Below are positions 20,078 through 30,296 of a DNA stretch of 64,000 nt, piece after piece. Within the stretch, counting starts at the first letter, position 1. Every line of letters starts with the position of its first letter. The notes under the pieces were generated by a model. The model saw nothing but the letters and a program-made list of their open reading frames with translations, was not told the DNA's origin and ran no database searches. The stretch covers positions 27,721-91,720 of the forward strand of contig JAPOXV010000026.1 of NCBI GenBank assembly GCA_026706935.1. The letters are read 5' to 3'. Origin of the DNA: Gammaproteobacteria bacterium. Lineage in GTDB: Bacteria > Pseudomonadota > Gammaproteobacteria > Pseudomonadales > Azotimanducaceae. The translations under genes and the position numbers were made by a program.

Positions 20078-22018
20078 TCACTTCTTGTCGTCGTCCTTGA
20101 CCTCCTCAAAATCCGCGTCCAAGGTGTCATCTGATGCGCCACTATCTGCGGCATTGTCTGTTGTACCGTCAACATCGGGCTGCTGTTGGTTTGCTGACGC
20201 TTCTTGGTACATGCGCTGGATAACAGGTGCAGATACCTTCGTCAAATTTTCGAGTTTGGCTTGAATATCATCTTTGTCGTCGGTTTTGGTTGCTTCTTCA
20301 AGTTCCTCTACAGCCTTCTGAATATCAGCTTTCTCGGTTTCTGTCGCCTTATCGCCGAATTCCTCGAGTGATTTTCGTGTCGAGTGTGCAAGTGCGTCCG
20401 CTTGGTTGCGGAGAGTAACGAGCTCCTGGAACCTTTCATCTTCGGCGCTATGAGTCTCCGCATCTTGCACCATCTTCTCAATGTCGTCCGGAGATAGACC
20501 ACTTGAGGCGGTGATCACAATGGATTGTTCCTTGTTGGTCGCAAGGTCTTTTGCCGAAACATTCAAGATACCGTTTGCATCGATATCGAACCGGACTTCA
20601 ATTTGTGGCACGCCACGAGGTGCAGCCGGAATATCCTGCAAGTCAAACCGGCCCAGTAGCTTGTTGTATCGGGCTTCTTTGCGTTCACCTTGTAGTACTT
20701 GAATGGTGACGGCGCTTTGATTGTCTTCGGCCGTTGAGAAGACTTGCTCTTTCCGCGCGGGAATCGTCGTGTTTTTGTCGATTAAGACAGACATCACACC
20801 GCCTAACGTTTCGATTCCAAGCGATAGAGGCGTCACATCTAAAAGAAGGACGTCTTTCACGTCGCCTGAAAGAACACCGGCTTGAATCGCAGCACCCATC
20901 GCAATCGCTTCATCAGGATTCACGTCCTTGCGCGGCTCGCTCCCAAAGATCTCTTGGACTTTCTTCTGAACGAGTGGCATGCGAGTCTGACCACCAACGA
21001 GAATGACCTCGTCGATGTCGCCGACTGCGAGACTTGCGTCTGAGAGCGCGATGCGACAAGGCTCCATTGTGCGATCGACCAGTTCTTCAACCAGTGCTTC
21101 CAGTTTGGAGCGAGTCAATTTCATGACCAGATGCTTGGGTCCGGTTTGATCCGCCGTGATGTAAGGCAGATTGATATCGGTTTCCTGACTCGTTGAAAGT
21201 TCAATCTTCGCAGTCTCAGCTGCTTCCTTGAGCCGCTGCAACGCAATTGGATCGCTATGCAGGTCAATGCCGTTTTGGGACTGAAATTCTTCGGCTAAGT
21301 ACTCGATGATCCGAAGGTCGAAGTCTTCGCCACCTAAGAAGGTATCGCCATTCGTCGACAACACCTCGAACTGGTGCTCACCTTCAACTTCGGCGATCTC
21401 GATGATGGAGACGTCAAACGTCCCGCCACCTAGGTCATAGACGACGATTTTCGCATCGCCGCGCTTGTGGTCCATACCATAAGCAAGCGCCGCGGCAGTC
21501 GGTTCATTGACGATGCGCTTGACATCCAAACCGGCGATCTTGCCGGCGTCTTTTGTTGCTTGACGTTGCGCATCGTCGAAATAAGCAGGAACTGTGACCA
21601 CGGCGTCGGTCACAGGTTCACCGAGATAGTCTTCCGCCGTCTTTTTCATCTTCTTAAGAACTTCGGCAGAAACTTGCGGCGGTGCCATCTCCTCACCTTT
21701 AGCGGATACCCACGCATCACCGTTTGCTGCCTTCACGATCTTGTACGGCACCATGTCGATGTCCTTTTGGACGACATCGTCTTCAAAGCGTCGACCAATG
21801 AGTCGCTTGATTGCAAACAACGTGTTGTCTGGGTTCGTAACGGCTTGACGCTTCGCGTTTTGACCGACCAGAATCTCGCCACTGTCCGTGTACGCGATGA
21901 TCGAAGGCGTCGTTCGATCGCCCTCTGAGTTTTCGATGATTTTGGTTTCGTCGTTCAGCAGGACCGCAACACACGAATTCGTTGTGCCGAGGTCAATGCC
22001 AATCATCTTACCTGCCAT
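20078..22018 (-). CDS. dnaK: Molecular chaperone DnaK (Hsp70)
   Basis: 646-aa ORF with [20 protein letters not shown] and an acidic C-terminus. Confidence 0.98.
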   Translation of the reverse strand: MAGKMIGIDLGTTNSCVAVLLNDETKIIENSEGDRTTPSIIAYTDSGEILVGQNAKRQAVTNPDNTLFAIKRLIGRRFEDDVVQKDIDMVPYKIVKAANGDAWVSAKGEEMAPPQVSAEVLKKMKKTAEDYLGEPVTDAVVTVPAYFDDAQRQATKDAGKIAGLDVKRIVNEPTAAALAYGMDHKRGDAKIVVYDLGGGTFDVSIIEIAEVEGEHQFEVLSTNGDTFLGGEDFDLRIIEYLAEEFQSQNGIDLHSDPIALQRLKEAAETAKIELSTSQETDINLPYITADQTGPKHLVMKLTRSKLEALVEELVDRTMEPCRIALSDASLAVGDIDEVILVGGQTRMPLVQKKVQEIFGSEPRKDVNPDEAIAMGAAIQAGVLSGDVKDVLLLDVTPLSLGIETLGGVMSVLIDKNTTIPARKEQVFSTAEDNQSAVTIQVLQGERKEARYNKLLGRFDLQDIPAAPRGVPQIEVRFDIDANGILNVSAKDLATNKEQSIVITASSGLSPDDIEKMVQDAETHSAEDERFQELVTLRNQADALAHSTRKSLEEFGDKATETEKADIQKAVEELEEATKTDDKDDIQAKLENLTKVSAPVIQRMYQEASANQQQPDVDGTTDNAADSGASDDTLDADFEEVKDDDKK

Positions 22019-22092
22019 TGGATTTTCCTTGCTTGTTTCGATTGTTCGTTTGAATCTGAGTTCGTATCGCGACTTTTCGCGAAACCTATTGG

Positions 22093-22122
22093 ATATATGG
22101 GTACTAATCCAGAGATATCAAG
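22093..22122 (-). promoter_or_regulatory. Sigma-32-type heat-shock promoter of dnaK
   Basis: The minus strand reads CTTGATA-14 nt-CCCATATA, compared with the consensus CTTGAAA-N13-15-CCCCATnT. It lies about 75 nt upstream of the dnaK ATG. Confidence 0.6.
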
Positions 22123-22138
22123 CGAAATCCGTCCGGAT

Positions 22139-22879
22139 TTACGCCTCGTCAGCTACTTCGTCGTCTTGCGTCTGTATCTCTTTCGCAACGACCACCTGCG
22201 CTGCTCGAAGCACACTACCGTCAAGGAGATAACCTACCCGAAGAACGTCAATGATGGTGCCAGGCTCTTCGGTCTCACTAGGAACGATCGCTTGCGCTTC
22301 GTGGAATTGCGGATCGAATGCGTCACCAATCGGATTCGACAGCTCGAGACCTTCACCATTGAGTACTTTGTCAAACTCTTTAATCGCCATTTGAACTGCT
22401 GTGACGATTACGTCGGTCCGTTCATCCTTCTCTATCTTTTCGAGCTCATTCGCTGTTTGATGAAACGTATCAGCAACCACCATCAGACGTGTGAGTAAAT
22501 CGCGTCTTGCACGATTGACAGCCCGCGTCATGTCCTCGCGCCCGCGTCGAGTTACCGTCTGCGTTTCCGCCTTAGCGTAACTAACTTCGCGTTGCGATTC
22601 TGCCAGTTGACTTTCTAAGTCGATGAGCTTTGAAGTCAGTTCGTTGACCTCGGCTTTTAGCAGCTCAATCTCCGTGGGTTCAAGCGCCTCTGCATCCGAT
22701 TCGTCGTGTACTTCGACGTTAATCGACACACTGGGCTCTTCAGCTTCGCTCGACACTGTTTTCTCTTCGCTTTCAGTCGAATCTGAAGACTGTGAATGGC
22801 TATCAATCTCTTCTGTATCTGATCCTTCCGGCGTATCCTCTGGTGAATCTTCTGTATCGGATTTCTTTTGCTTTGCCAT
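22139..22879 (-). CDS. grpE: Nucleotide exchange factor GrpE with a long acidic/Ser-rich N-terminal extension
   Basis: The C-terminal two-thirds matches GrpE (coiled coil followed by a beta-domain). I prefer the ATG at 22879 (MAKQKKSDTED) because the predicted promoter overlaps the longer track ORF. Confidence 0.9.
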   Translation of the reverse strand: MAKQKKSDTEDSPEDTPEGSDTEEIDSHSQSSDSTESEEKTVSSEAEEPSVSINVEVHDESDAEALEPTEIELLKAEVNELTSKLIDLESQLAESQREVSYAKAETQTVTRRGREDMTRAVNRARRDLLTRLMVVADTFHQTANELEKIEKDERTDVIVTAVQMAIKEFDKVLNGEGLELSNPIGDAFDPQFHEAQAIVPSETEEPGTIIDVLRVGYLLDGSVLRAAQVVVAKEIQTQDDEVADEA

Positions 22880-22925
22880 CGAAAGGTAGCCTTCCTCAAA
22901 ACCTAATACGGCTTCTCTACCACCC

Positions 22926-22954
22926 ATATGGTGTTTGTGCCGTCAAAACTCAAG
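22926..22954 (-). promoter_or_regulatory. Sigma-32-like promoter upstream of grpE
   Basis: The minus strand reads CTTGAGT-14 nt-CACCATAT, about 45 nt upstream of the preferred grpE start. Confidence 0.45.
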
Positions 22955-22977
22955 CGGAAAGGTGGGAATTCTCTTAA

Positions 22978-24045
22978 TTAGCTTCGTTCAATCACGTGTC
23001 CGAGTACGCGTGAGGTCACGTCAACAAGGGGTACGACCTTCTGGTATGACATACGTGTCGGACCGATTACCCCCAAAACGCCCGCAACCTTCCCCTTCAC
23101 TTCGTAGGGCGCGGTGATCAGACTGTAGTCTTCAAACGGCTCATAACCGGACTCTTGACCGATAAACAAACGTACGCCCTCGCCTTCAATACAAGCATCC
23201 AACAAATGTACGATCGAAGACTTGCTTTCAAATGCTTCCAATAGCTGTTTGATTTTCACCGACGAAGATGTAAAAGACACGAGGTTACTTTCGCCGGATA
23301 CAACGAAGTCGTGTTCTGATTCAACGAATGTTTTTGAAGCAATGTCAAACGCACGTTGGAGCATCGCATTGATTTGAGCCTTATCCTGCGACATGCTATC
23401 GAGCACCCCTGTTCGAATCGCCTCTAAGGAACGCCCTGCGAACGCATCATTGATGTAGTTCGCCGCCTGTCGGAGTTCTACATCGGTGTACGCCCTTGAA
23501 GTTTCAATAACACGATTCTGAACTTCGCGCTCGTTCACTATCAGGATCACAAGAACCTGGCGACCTGTTAGTTGAAGGAATTCGACCTGGCGTAATGAAA
23601 TCTGTTCTTCTCGCGGCACAGTGACCAAACCTGCCAACTGAGTCACTTCAGATAACAAATGCGAGGCGGATTCAAGCAAATCTTGCGTCGATTGATCTCT
23701 GGATAACTCATCCCACACATGGCGTTCTGCGTTCCGGTCAAGAGGTTCGTAAGAGATCAACCCGTCTACGAAAAAACGAAGCCCGTGTTGGGTAGGGATC
23801 CGGCCCGCTGACGTGTGAGGTGAGCTGACAAGCCCGAGTTCTTGCAACCTTGCCATGTTGTTCCGCACCGTAGCCGAGCTAACGGAATACCGGCTCTTCT
23901 TCGCAACGGTACTGGACGAAACGGGTTCGCCATCTTCTAGATATTCTTCTACGAGGACCTTGAAAAGGTGTGCGGCTTTCTCACTGAGATCCAGATTCGT
24001 ATCAGGATGTGAATCTCTAAAATGAGAGAAATTGCTACTTTCCAT
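22978..24045 (-). CDS. hrcA: Heat-inducible transcription repressor HrcA
   Basis: 355-aa ORF. SSATVRNNMARLQELGLVSSPHTSAGRIPTQHGLRFFVD is the hallmark HrcA N-terminal winged-helix segment. Confidence 0.92.
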   Translation of the reverse strand: MESSNFSHFRDSHPDTNLDLSEKAAHLFKVLVEEYLEDGEPVSSSTVAKKSRYSVSSATVRNNMARLQELGLVSSPHTSAGRIPTQHGLRFFVDGLISYEPLDRNAERHVWDELSRDQSTQDLLESASHLLSEVTQLAGLVTVPREEQISLRQVEFLQLTGRQVLVILIVNEREVQNRVIETSRAYTDVELRQAANYINDAFAGRSLEAIRTGVLDSMSQDKAQINAMLQRAFDIASKTFVESEHDFVVSGESNLVSFTSSSVKIKQLLEAFESKSSIVHLLDACIEGEGVRLFIGQESGYEPFEDYSLITAPYEVKGKVAGVLGVIGPTRMSYQKVVPLVDVTSRVLGHVIERS

Positions 24046-24099
24046 GACTTTCGCCGTTTCTGTCCTCAGAACGACTTCAAAACTAACTTAAGCGCGTCG

Positions 24100-25773
24100 A
24101 TGCTCGCATACCTGACCGTGCGCAATTTCGCGCTCGTAGCCGACCTTGAATTGCACTTTGCTGGCGGTCTTACGGTCATTACAGGCGAGTCCGGAGCTGG
24201 TAAGTCTATATTGTTGGATGCACTGGGGCTAGTTTTGGGGCAACGTGCTTCAAGAGCTCAAATCCGGCCTAATTCCGAAGCGTGTGAAGTTTGCGCCGAA
24301 TTTGACGTAAGCCACGCGCCTCAAGCCCAAGACCTACTCTTGACAAACGGTTTGGGAGACAAAGACGATTTGAGTCGCTGCGTCGTACGTCGAATTGCTT
24401 CCGTCGACGGTCGATCCCGTGCCTGGGTGAATGACACGCCTGTAAGTCTTGCAACCTTGCGTGAGCTATGTGGCTCGATGGTAGCGATTCATGATCAATT
24501 TGCCCAACAGCAACTTCTGGGTGTAACAACGCAACTTTCCTGGTTCGACGATTTCGTCGCCCAGCCGCAGCTCGTTGAGAAAGTAAAAAAGTCGTTTCGT
24601 AACTGGCGAGCCCGCGCAGACGAATTCGAAACTGAACGCGAGCGCAGCAATCAAGCGCGTGAACGGCGTGAACTCCTTCAGTATCAAGTTAACGAACTCG
24701 ATGCGTTTCAGCTGCAAGAAAGTGAATTTGAGCAGCTCTCAAGTCGGTACAAGCGATTGAACCAGACGCAGAGTATCTTGGCAGCTGTCGGTCAAGCCAT
24801 CGACGCACTAGAAGAGCATCATGTCCCGGGTATCGGCCGTACCCGAGCTGATCTGGACAGAGTCGACGATCACTCTCCTGAACTTGATTCTGCACGCGAG
24901 TTACTCGACGGCGTCGAAGTGGGAATCGACGAGAGTGTTCGTCAGTTGCGGGCGTACGCAGAATCCCTAGCCGACGACGAAGACTCATTAGACGAGGTAG
25001 CCGTCCGTCTTGATCAAATCCATGATCTTGCGCGCAAACACCGTGTCTTGTCGGCTGACCTTTTTTCAAAGACGCGCGAATTACGTATGGAACTCGATGC
25101 ATTAGATGAAGGCGAAAACCGACTTACAGAATTGCAGAAATCCGTTGAGACCGCACAAGAAGACTTTCTTGAGAACGCAAACGAACTATCTCGGCTTCGA
25201 ACGCGCTCCGCAACGCCCTTCGCTGACGCGGTAATTTCGACATTGCATGACATAGGCATGCGACAAGCCACATTCGAAGTGACATTCTTCGAATCCGAGG
25301 GTGAAGCAGGACTCGAACGCGTCGATTTCGCGGTATCCGCGAATTCGCGGTATGAACCAGGACCTTTAAAGACAATTGCTTCCGGCGGCGAGCTCTCCCG
25401 CATCAGCTTGGCGATCTTGGTCGTTGTCGCGTCTAATTCAAAGCTGCCATGTCTAATTCTCGACGAAGCAGATATTGGCGTCGGTGGAACTACTGCCGAT
25501 GAGGTCGGTCGAATGTTGAGCCGCTTGGCTGAGCGCACACAGGTTGTGTGCGTTACACATGCACCTCAGGTCGCAGCACTCGGCGACACGCATTTACGGG
25601 TCTTAAAGACTCGCGATCAGGACATCGCAGCGTGCGAATTGACTGGAGGGGATCGTGTTGAAGAACTCGCCCGAATGGTCGGCGGCCACCGCATTAATGC
25701 GGAATCGCGCAAGTACGCTTCTGTACTGCTAAGGGAAGCACAGGAATTCAATCGAACTCAACTATCGAAATGA
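24100..25773 (+). CDS. recN: DNA repair protein RecN
   Basis: It has an SMC-like ATPase (GESGAGKS Walker A, LSGGE-type signature GGELSR, Walker B LILDEAD). The start MLAYLTVRNFA at 24100 is preferred over the track start at 24022, which overlaps hrcA. Confidence 0.93.
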   Translation: MLAYLTVRNFALVADLELHFAGGLTVITGESGAGKSILLDALGLVLGQRASRAQIRPNSEACEVCAEFDVSHAPQAQDLLLTNGLGDKDDLSRCVVRRIASVDGRSRAWVNDTPVSLATLRELCGSMVAIHDQFAQQQLLGVTTQLSWFDDFVAQPQLVEKVKKSFRNWRARADEFETERERSNQARERRELLQYQVNELDAFQLQESEFEQLSSRYKRLNQTQSILAAVGQAIDALEEHHVPGIGRTRADLDRVDDHSPELDSARELLDGVEVGIDESVRQLRAYAESLADDEDSLDEVAVRLDQIHDLARKHRVLSADLFSKTRELRMELDALDEGENRLTELQKSVETAQEDFLENANELSRLRTRSATPFADAVISTLHDIGMRQATFEVTFFESEGEAGLERVDFAVSANSRYEPGPLKTIASGGELSRISLAILVVVASNSKLPCLILDEADIGVGGTTADEVGRMLSRLAERTQVVCVTHAPQVAALGDTHLRVLKTRDQDIAACELTGGDRVEELARMVGGHRINAESRKYASVLLREAQEFNRTQLSK

Positions 25774-26159
25774 CCATCTACCGCTTACTCATTGGTGTCT
25801 TCGCGGTTTCGACGATCGTCGGATGTGCGGAAGGACTGTTGCACCGAGTGGATCAGCAACAAGGGAACTTAGTTACCGATCGTATGATCGAACAGCTCAA
25901 GCCGGGCATGAACCGGGAGCAAGTCGTGTTCATCATGGGACAACCAATCCTTAAGAACTCGTTTGATTCGGACCGGTGGGACTACATATACACTTTCGCA
26001 CCACGTAGCCAAACGCCTGAAAAGCGATATATAACCCTTTATTTCGAAGACGGATTACTTACTCGGTTAGTGGGAAATTACGAGAAGATGGAAAGTGATG
26101 TCGAAGCCGACCAAGAAGACAGTCTTAACGGCATATTCACGCTAAGCGGCGGCGATTAG
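25770..26159 (+). CDS. bamE: Outer-membrane assembly lipoprotein BamE (SmpA/OmlA)
   Basis: It has a lipobox (TIVGC) and the segment LKPGMNREQVVFIMGQP...DRWDYIY, typical of BamE. An ATGA overlap joins it to the recN stop. Confidence 0.88.
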   Translation: MTIYRLLIGVFAVSTIVGCAEGLLHRVDQQQGNLVTDRMIEQLKPGMNREQVVFIMGQPILKNSFDSDRWDYIYTFAPRSQTPEKRYITLYFEDGLLTRLVGNYEKMESDVEADQEDSLNGIFTLSGGD

Positions 26160-26228
26160 TCTCGCGACATTTCTCGGTAAGTAAATTACGGAGATTACCC
26201 TTTAGCTAAGAAGTAAGAAGGGATCCGC

Positions 26229-27443
26229 ATGGACGATCCAAAACCGTTGATATTCGATGGGTTAAAAGTCATCGACGCGGGGTCATGGGTCGCTGGACCC
26301 GTATCGGCGACGATGCTCGCCGACTATGGTGCCGAGGTCATCAAGATCGAAATGCCGACCGGCGATCCATTCCGTCGTCTAGCAACCGGTCCAGGTACGC
26401 CGGACGCCGATATCGACTATGCATGGGCACAGGACGCTCGAAACAAGCGGTCGATCGCATTAAATCTAAAGACCACCGAAGGCATCGCTATCCTCAAACG
26501 CTTGGTTGCGGATTGCGACGTTTACGTCACAAACTACCCTCTGCCGATGCGGCGCAACCTAAGTTTGACTTACGAAGACCTCAAACAGATCAACAAACGG
26601 CTAATCTACGCATCGCTTACGGCTTACGGTGAAGAAGGACCTGAAAAAGATCGCGAAGGCTTCGACCTAGTCGCTTACTGGTCGCGGACTGGTTTGATGG
26701 ACTTAGTCCGAAATGCGGATGCAAAACCCGCCCCGAGCATCCCAGGGATGGGCGACCACCCAACAGGCGTCTCACTCTATGCCGCTATCGTTACGGCGCT
26801 CTACCAGCGTGAACGCACCAACGAAGGCAGTATGGTGCATACGTCGCTCATCGCTAATGGGATGTGGGCGGCATCTTGCATCGCGAGTGCAAAGTTCGCA
26901 CACGGAAATGATTTTTCGAACTATCCACGCCTTACCGCAAAATACTTCACGCGGGAGCTCTATCAAACGCGCGACAATCGCTGGCTCCAATTCACGATGG
27001 TTCGTACTCCCGACGAAATTGCCGCCTATTTCCGTATTCTTGGTGCGAGCCACTTATTAGAGGATCCGCGCTTCCAGTCTACGCGTGCCCGGATCGAATC
27101 TGGTGATGCACTAGCGAACGAAATACGGCCCATCATTGCGCAACGAGACGCAGCGGAATGGCTCCGTGAGTTTAAAGATGCCAACGTCCCGGTCTCCATG
27201 TTGGGAACAATCGACGACTTGCCTTCTGATCCCCAATTAGTCGCGAATGCCATCCTGCGGAAACCGGATGAGCCGATCGGAGCAGACTACATCATCAATC
27301 ATCCTGTAAATGTGGAAGCCAGTAAGCGAGCTCCTGTTAAGCGAGCACCTGATGTAGGTGAACATTCCGAAGAAGTACTTACCGAACTTGGTTATTCGAA
27401 CTTCGAGATTGAACGCTTTCGTAAAGCAGGAATAATCGCTTAG
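26229..27443 (+). CDS. Family III CoA-transferase (CaiB/BaiF-like)
   Basis: 404-aa ORF. The N-terminus GLKVIDAGSWVAGPVSATMLADYGAEVIKIE is the typical family III signature. Confidence 0.85.
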   Translation: MDDPKPLIFDGLKVIDAGSWVAGPVSATMLADYGAEVIKIEMPTGDPFRRLATGPGTPDADIDYAWAQDARNKRSIALNLKTTEGIAILKRLVADCDVYVTNYPLPMRRNLSLTYEDLKQINKRLIYASLTAYGEEGPEKDREGFDLVAYWSRTGLMDLVRNADAKPAPSIPGMGDHPTGVSLYAAIVTALYQRERTNEGSMVHTSLIANGMWAASCIASAKFAHGNDFSNYPRLTAKYFTRELYQTRDNRWLQFTMVRTPDEIAAYFRILGASHLLEDPRFQSTRARIESGDALANEIRPIIAQRDAAEWLREFKDANVPVSMLGTIDDLPSDPQLVANAILRKPDEPIGADYIINHPVNVEASKRAPVKRAPDVGEHSEEVLTELGYSNFEIERFRKAGIIA

Positions 27444-27485
27444 ACGGTCGACTACACGTCAAATTTCAACATTTGAGATGAACTA

Positions 27486-29963
27486 ATGGCGCTTCCTTTT
27501 TACACCGCACCGAGTCCGCGTGTCGTTCGCAGCGAAATTTCGCAAATCCTCGCGAGCCGCGAAACATGGAACCAAAGCACTATCAATCTCTTGAAGAATC
27601 TAGACGACTTCGCGAAGCTCACAGCAGGTGAGATTAAGAAACTAAAGGTTACGAGAGCGCAAGTGCAACGAGCACTGGCGCTGGAATACGGCGCTTCCGA
27701 TTGGAATGATCTAATCTATTTATGCGAGACGATGGAACATGACGACTTCGTTCAGATTAGCAACCGGGCAAAGTTCCTTCTACGAGACCACGCCGCACAG
27801 CTACCGATAGCATGCGTGCGATTGAAAAAGGCGATTCCAGAACTACGACGGAAATCCGAAAGGCAAATACTCAACGCCGCAATTTCGCTGGGGGACGCTC
27901 AGCGGGTGGTAGCAAAGGAATATGGATTTGACGAATGGAATCATCTTCAAAAGTTCATTCGACGTCATCCGTCCACTAAGAGTTTTCTCAATACACCCGG
28001 TGCTATGCCGCCTGTCGTCGCCGCGATGGTTGAGGCCGTTGATAAAGGCGACGCTGACCAGGTTGAAAGATTGATTAACAAGAATCCGTCCATCGTTCAC
28101 GCTCGTGTTGCAAGCGACATAACATGTGGGGACACACTGTTGCATCGTGCGGATCCGCGTGCGACAAACGGCTCACCTATGAAACAGGGTCACCTTGAAG
28201 TGGCACAACTACTGATTGACAACGGCGTCGACATAAATGCGATGGGCGGTAGCGGCGACTCTTGTTTTACGTCGCCGATCGATGCGTCCTCATGGATTGG
28301 CAACAAAAAAATGGTTGACTTGTTATTAAGAAACAATGCGGATCCTAATCGTTCATACTGGACAATGACAAAACCAGTTCGAACCGCTGCAAATCACAAC
28401 GGTCGTGACATTTTTCGGATGCTTGTTAAATCCGGCGCACAGTACGGCTTGTACGAGACCGTCAGCCTTGGATTTCTAAAACTGACCCGAGAATTGCTCG
28501 ACGAACAACCTGAGCAAGTTAACGAAAGCTGCGGCGACTCCTTACCGATCGTCTTGGCCGCAAACGATCCCAAACTGACAAGACTGCTACTGCAACGCGG
28601 TGCTGATCCGAATGTAAACGACCATCGAGGGGTCACAGCACTGATGGCTGCGATCCAAGCTGGAAATAAAGAATCGATCAGAGTTCTACGCGATCACGGA
28701 GTAGAAGAGGACATCTTTTCCGCAATTGGTTCTCGCAATCGAAGAGCTGTAGCTCGTATGCTAAGAGAGGATCCTGATTGCCACAAGTCGAAATTCGTAA
28801 CTCCGCTCATTTGGGCAGTGATATCGGGTGATCGCGCCATTGTTGAAATGCTGCTTAAGGCGGGTGCTAATCCAAACGAACAACAACGTCGCTGGATGCA
28901 GGACAATCCGCTCGTAGCGGCAACCGCGCATCAACAGGACCACTTAATCCAACTCTTGTTGGACTATGGCGCAAACGTGAATTCGCGTAGCACGTTCAAG
29001 TGGTCCATCCCTCTAACAAGCGCTGTGCGATGGGGAACCCACCGTGCGGCGCGAATACTGTTAGAAGCCGGTGCAAATCCAAGTGTCGTTTCCGATTCTG
29101 GCGTGATCGGAAATCCAATGGGGTGGACTGGGTACGTCGGTGATCTTTTAGCGACCAAGATGATGATTGATTTCGGCGCAAACAAAGTCGCCAGAAATCA
29201 AGCATTGATCTCTGCTGCCGCACATGGGCGACGAGGGATCATTGAACTTCTCGGCACACTCGATACCGACCTGCACTACTCCCTTCCACAAGGAAACGCT
29301 TTTCAACGAGCCAAATCAAATCGGCATGCCCGCACAGTCGAACTATTGAACGAACTCGCTGATATTCACCAACTACCTAGCCGAAAGCGCAACGACTTTC
29401 TGAAACCGCGTGCGGATTTCATGCATTTCCTTTGTACGAACGACGGTAAATCGCTCAACAAGCTAATCACTCAAAAACCCGAGCTCGTCGATCGCGACAT
29501 CGTTCGAGACGAGCTTTTCCACTATGCGACGGGAAATCGTCAAACGAATTCAGATAAGAAACCCCTCAGGAGCGTCGTCAACACGCTCGTTAAACACGGT
29601 GTACCATGGACGATCCAAGCTGCCGTCGCCTGTAACCGGGCTGACAAGGTTGACCAATTCATGGGTGAGCCTAGCGCATTGAAACGCGGACTCCACACCG
29701 CCGCCAAATTCAATAACGTGAAGCTGCTGGAACTGTTTTTAGATGCAGGTGCCGACATCAACGTGAAAGAGTCTTGGGGAACTGCGCTTCATGAAGCCGT
29801 ACGCTACAAATCATTTAGCGTCGTCAAGAGTCTTGTGGAAAGAGGCGCGAATGTCAACGCAACGGATCAGTACGGAACAAGACCCAGAAGCGTTAGCACT
29901 AACAGCAACAAGCAGCGCGCAGCTATATGTGATTTCTTAGACGCTAACGGTGCATCAAGTTAG
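27486..29963 (+). CDS. Large ankyrin-repeat protein
   Basis: 825-aa ORF with more than 10 recognisable ANK repeats (for example GHLEVAQLLIDNGVDINA, TALMAAIQAGNKESIRVLRDHGV, TALHEAVRYKSFSVVKSLVERGANVNATD). The N-terminus carries a duplicated AQ-x-[AV]-[LV]A-x-EYG-x-x-[DE]WN-x-L motif. No signal peptide is evident. Confidence 0.85.
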   Translation: MALPFYTAPSPRVVRSEISQILASRETWNQSTINLLKNLDDFAKLTAGEIKKLKVTRAQVQRALALEYGASDWNDLIYLCETMEHDDFVQISNRAKFLLRDHAAQLPIACVRLKKAIPELRRKSERQILNAAISLGDAQRVVAKEYGFDEWNHLQKFIRRHPSTKSFLNTPGAMPPVVAAMVEAVDKGDADQVERLINKNPSIVHARVASDITCGDTLLHRADPRATNGSPMKQGHLEVAQLLIDNGVDINAMGGSGDSCFTSPIDASSWIGNKKMVDLLLRNNADPNRSYWTMTKPVRTAANHNGRDIFRMLVKSGAQYGLYETVSLGFLKLTRELLDEQPEQVNESCGDSLPIVLAANDPKLTRLLLQRGADPNVNDHRGVTALMAAIQAGNKESIRVLRDHGVEEDIFSAIGSRNRRAVARMLREDPDCHKSKFVTPLIWAVISGDRAIVEMLLKAGANPNEQQRRWMQDNPLVAATAHQQDHLIQLLLDYGANVNSRSTFKWSIPLTSAVRWGTHRAARILLEAGANPSVVSDSGVIGNPMGWTGYVGDLLATKMMIDFGANKVARNQALISAAAHGRRGIIELLGTLDTDLHYSLPQGNAFQRAKSNRHARTVELLNELADIHQLPSRKRNDFLKPRADFMHFLCTNDGKSLNKLITQKPELVDRDIVRDELFHYATGNRQTNSDKKPLRSVVNTLVKHGVPWTIQAAVACNRADKVDQFMGEPSALKRGLHTAAKFNNVKLLELFLDAGADINVKESWGTALHEAVRYKSFSVVKSLVERGANVNATDQYGTRPRSVSTNSNKQRAAICDFLDANGASS

Positions 29964-30014
29964 CTCGAATTGAACGAGTGCGTCATTAGCGCACGACAAA
30001 CGGTTTTTTTAGGC

Positions 30015-30296
30015 TTAATTCTTTTGACTGGCGGCTTTCTGTCGGCGTAATTCCACGGGACTGATCGGCAGCGGTCTGAGCAACTCCAGTCGATCGCCAT
30101 CCTTCAGCTCGTGCTCACCTGATACTTCTACTCCCCAAACCGCATACGCGACCACGCTCAAGTCATCGACCCAAAGCAAAGGTTCGGAATTCCGTGCCAC
30201 GTCCGCCGCCTCTTCGGCAGACGTGCCATCCTCAAGTTCAAGGTCTACCGACCACTGACGTTCTGGTAGCGCGTAGACGACCTCAATCTGAACCAT
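30015..30296 (-). CDS. rnfH: RnfH-family ubiquitin-like protein
   Basis: 93-aa ORF (IEVVYALPERQW...DGDRLELLRPL) located downstream of ratA, as in E. coli. Confidence 0.85.
   Translation of the reverse strand: MVQIEVVYALPERQWSVDLELEDGTSAEEAADVARNSEPLLWVDDLSVVAYAVWGVEVSGEHELKDGDRLELLRPLPISPVELRRQKAASQKN

Noticed and set aside
24269-25538. Several 80-170-aa minus-strand ORFs inside recN
   Set aside because: They lie entirely within the well-supported recN coding region and have no recognisable motifs or ribosome-binding sites. They are antisense shadow ORFs.
29970-30012. Short hairpin gtgcg-tcattag-cgcac followed by a T-run, between the convergent ankyrin and rnfH genes, as a possible bidirectional terminator
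   Set aside because: The stem is only 5 bp and is separated from the T tract by 9 nt. This is too weak to call.
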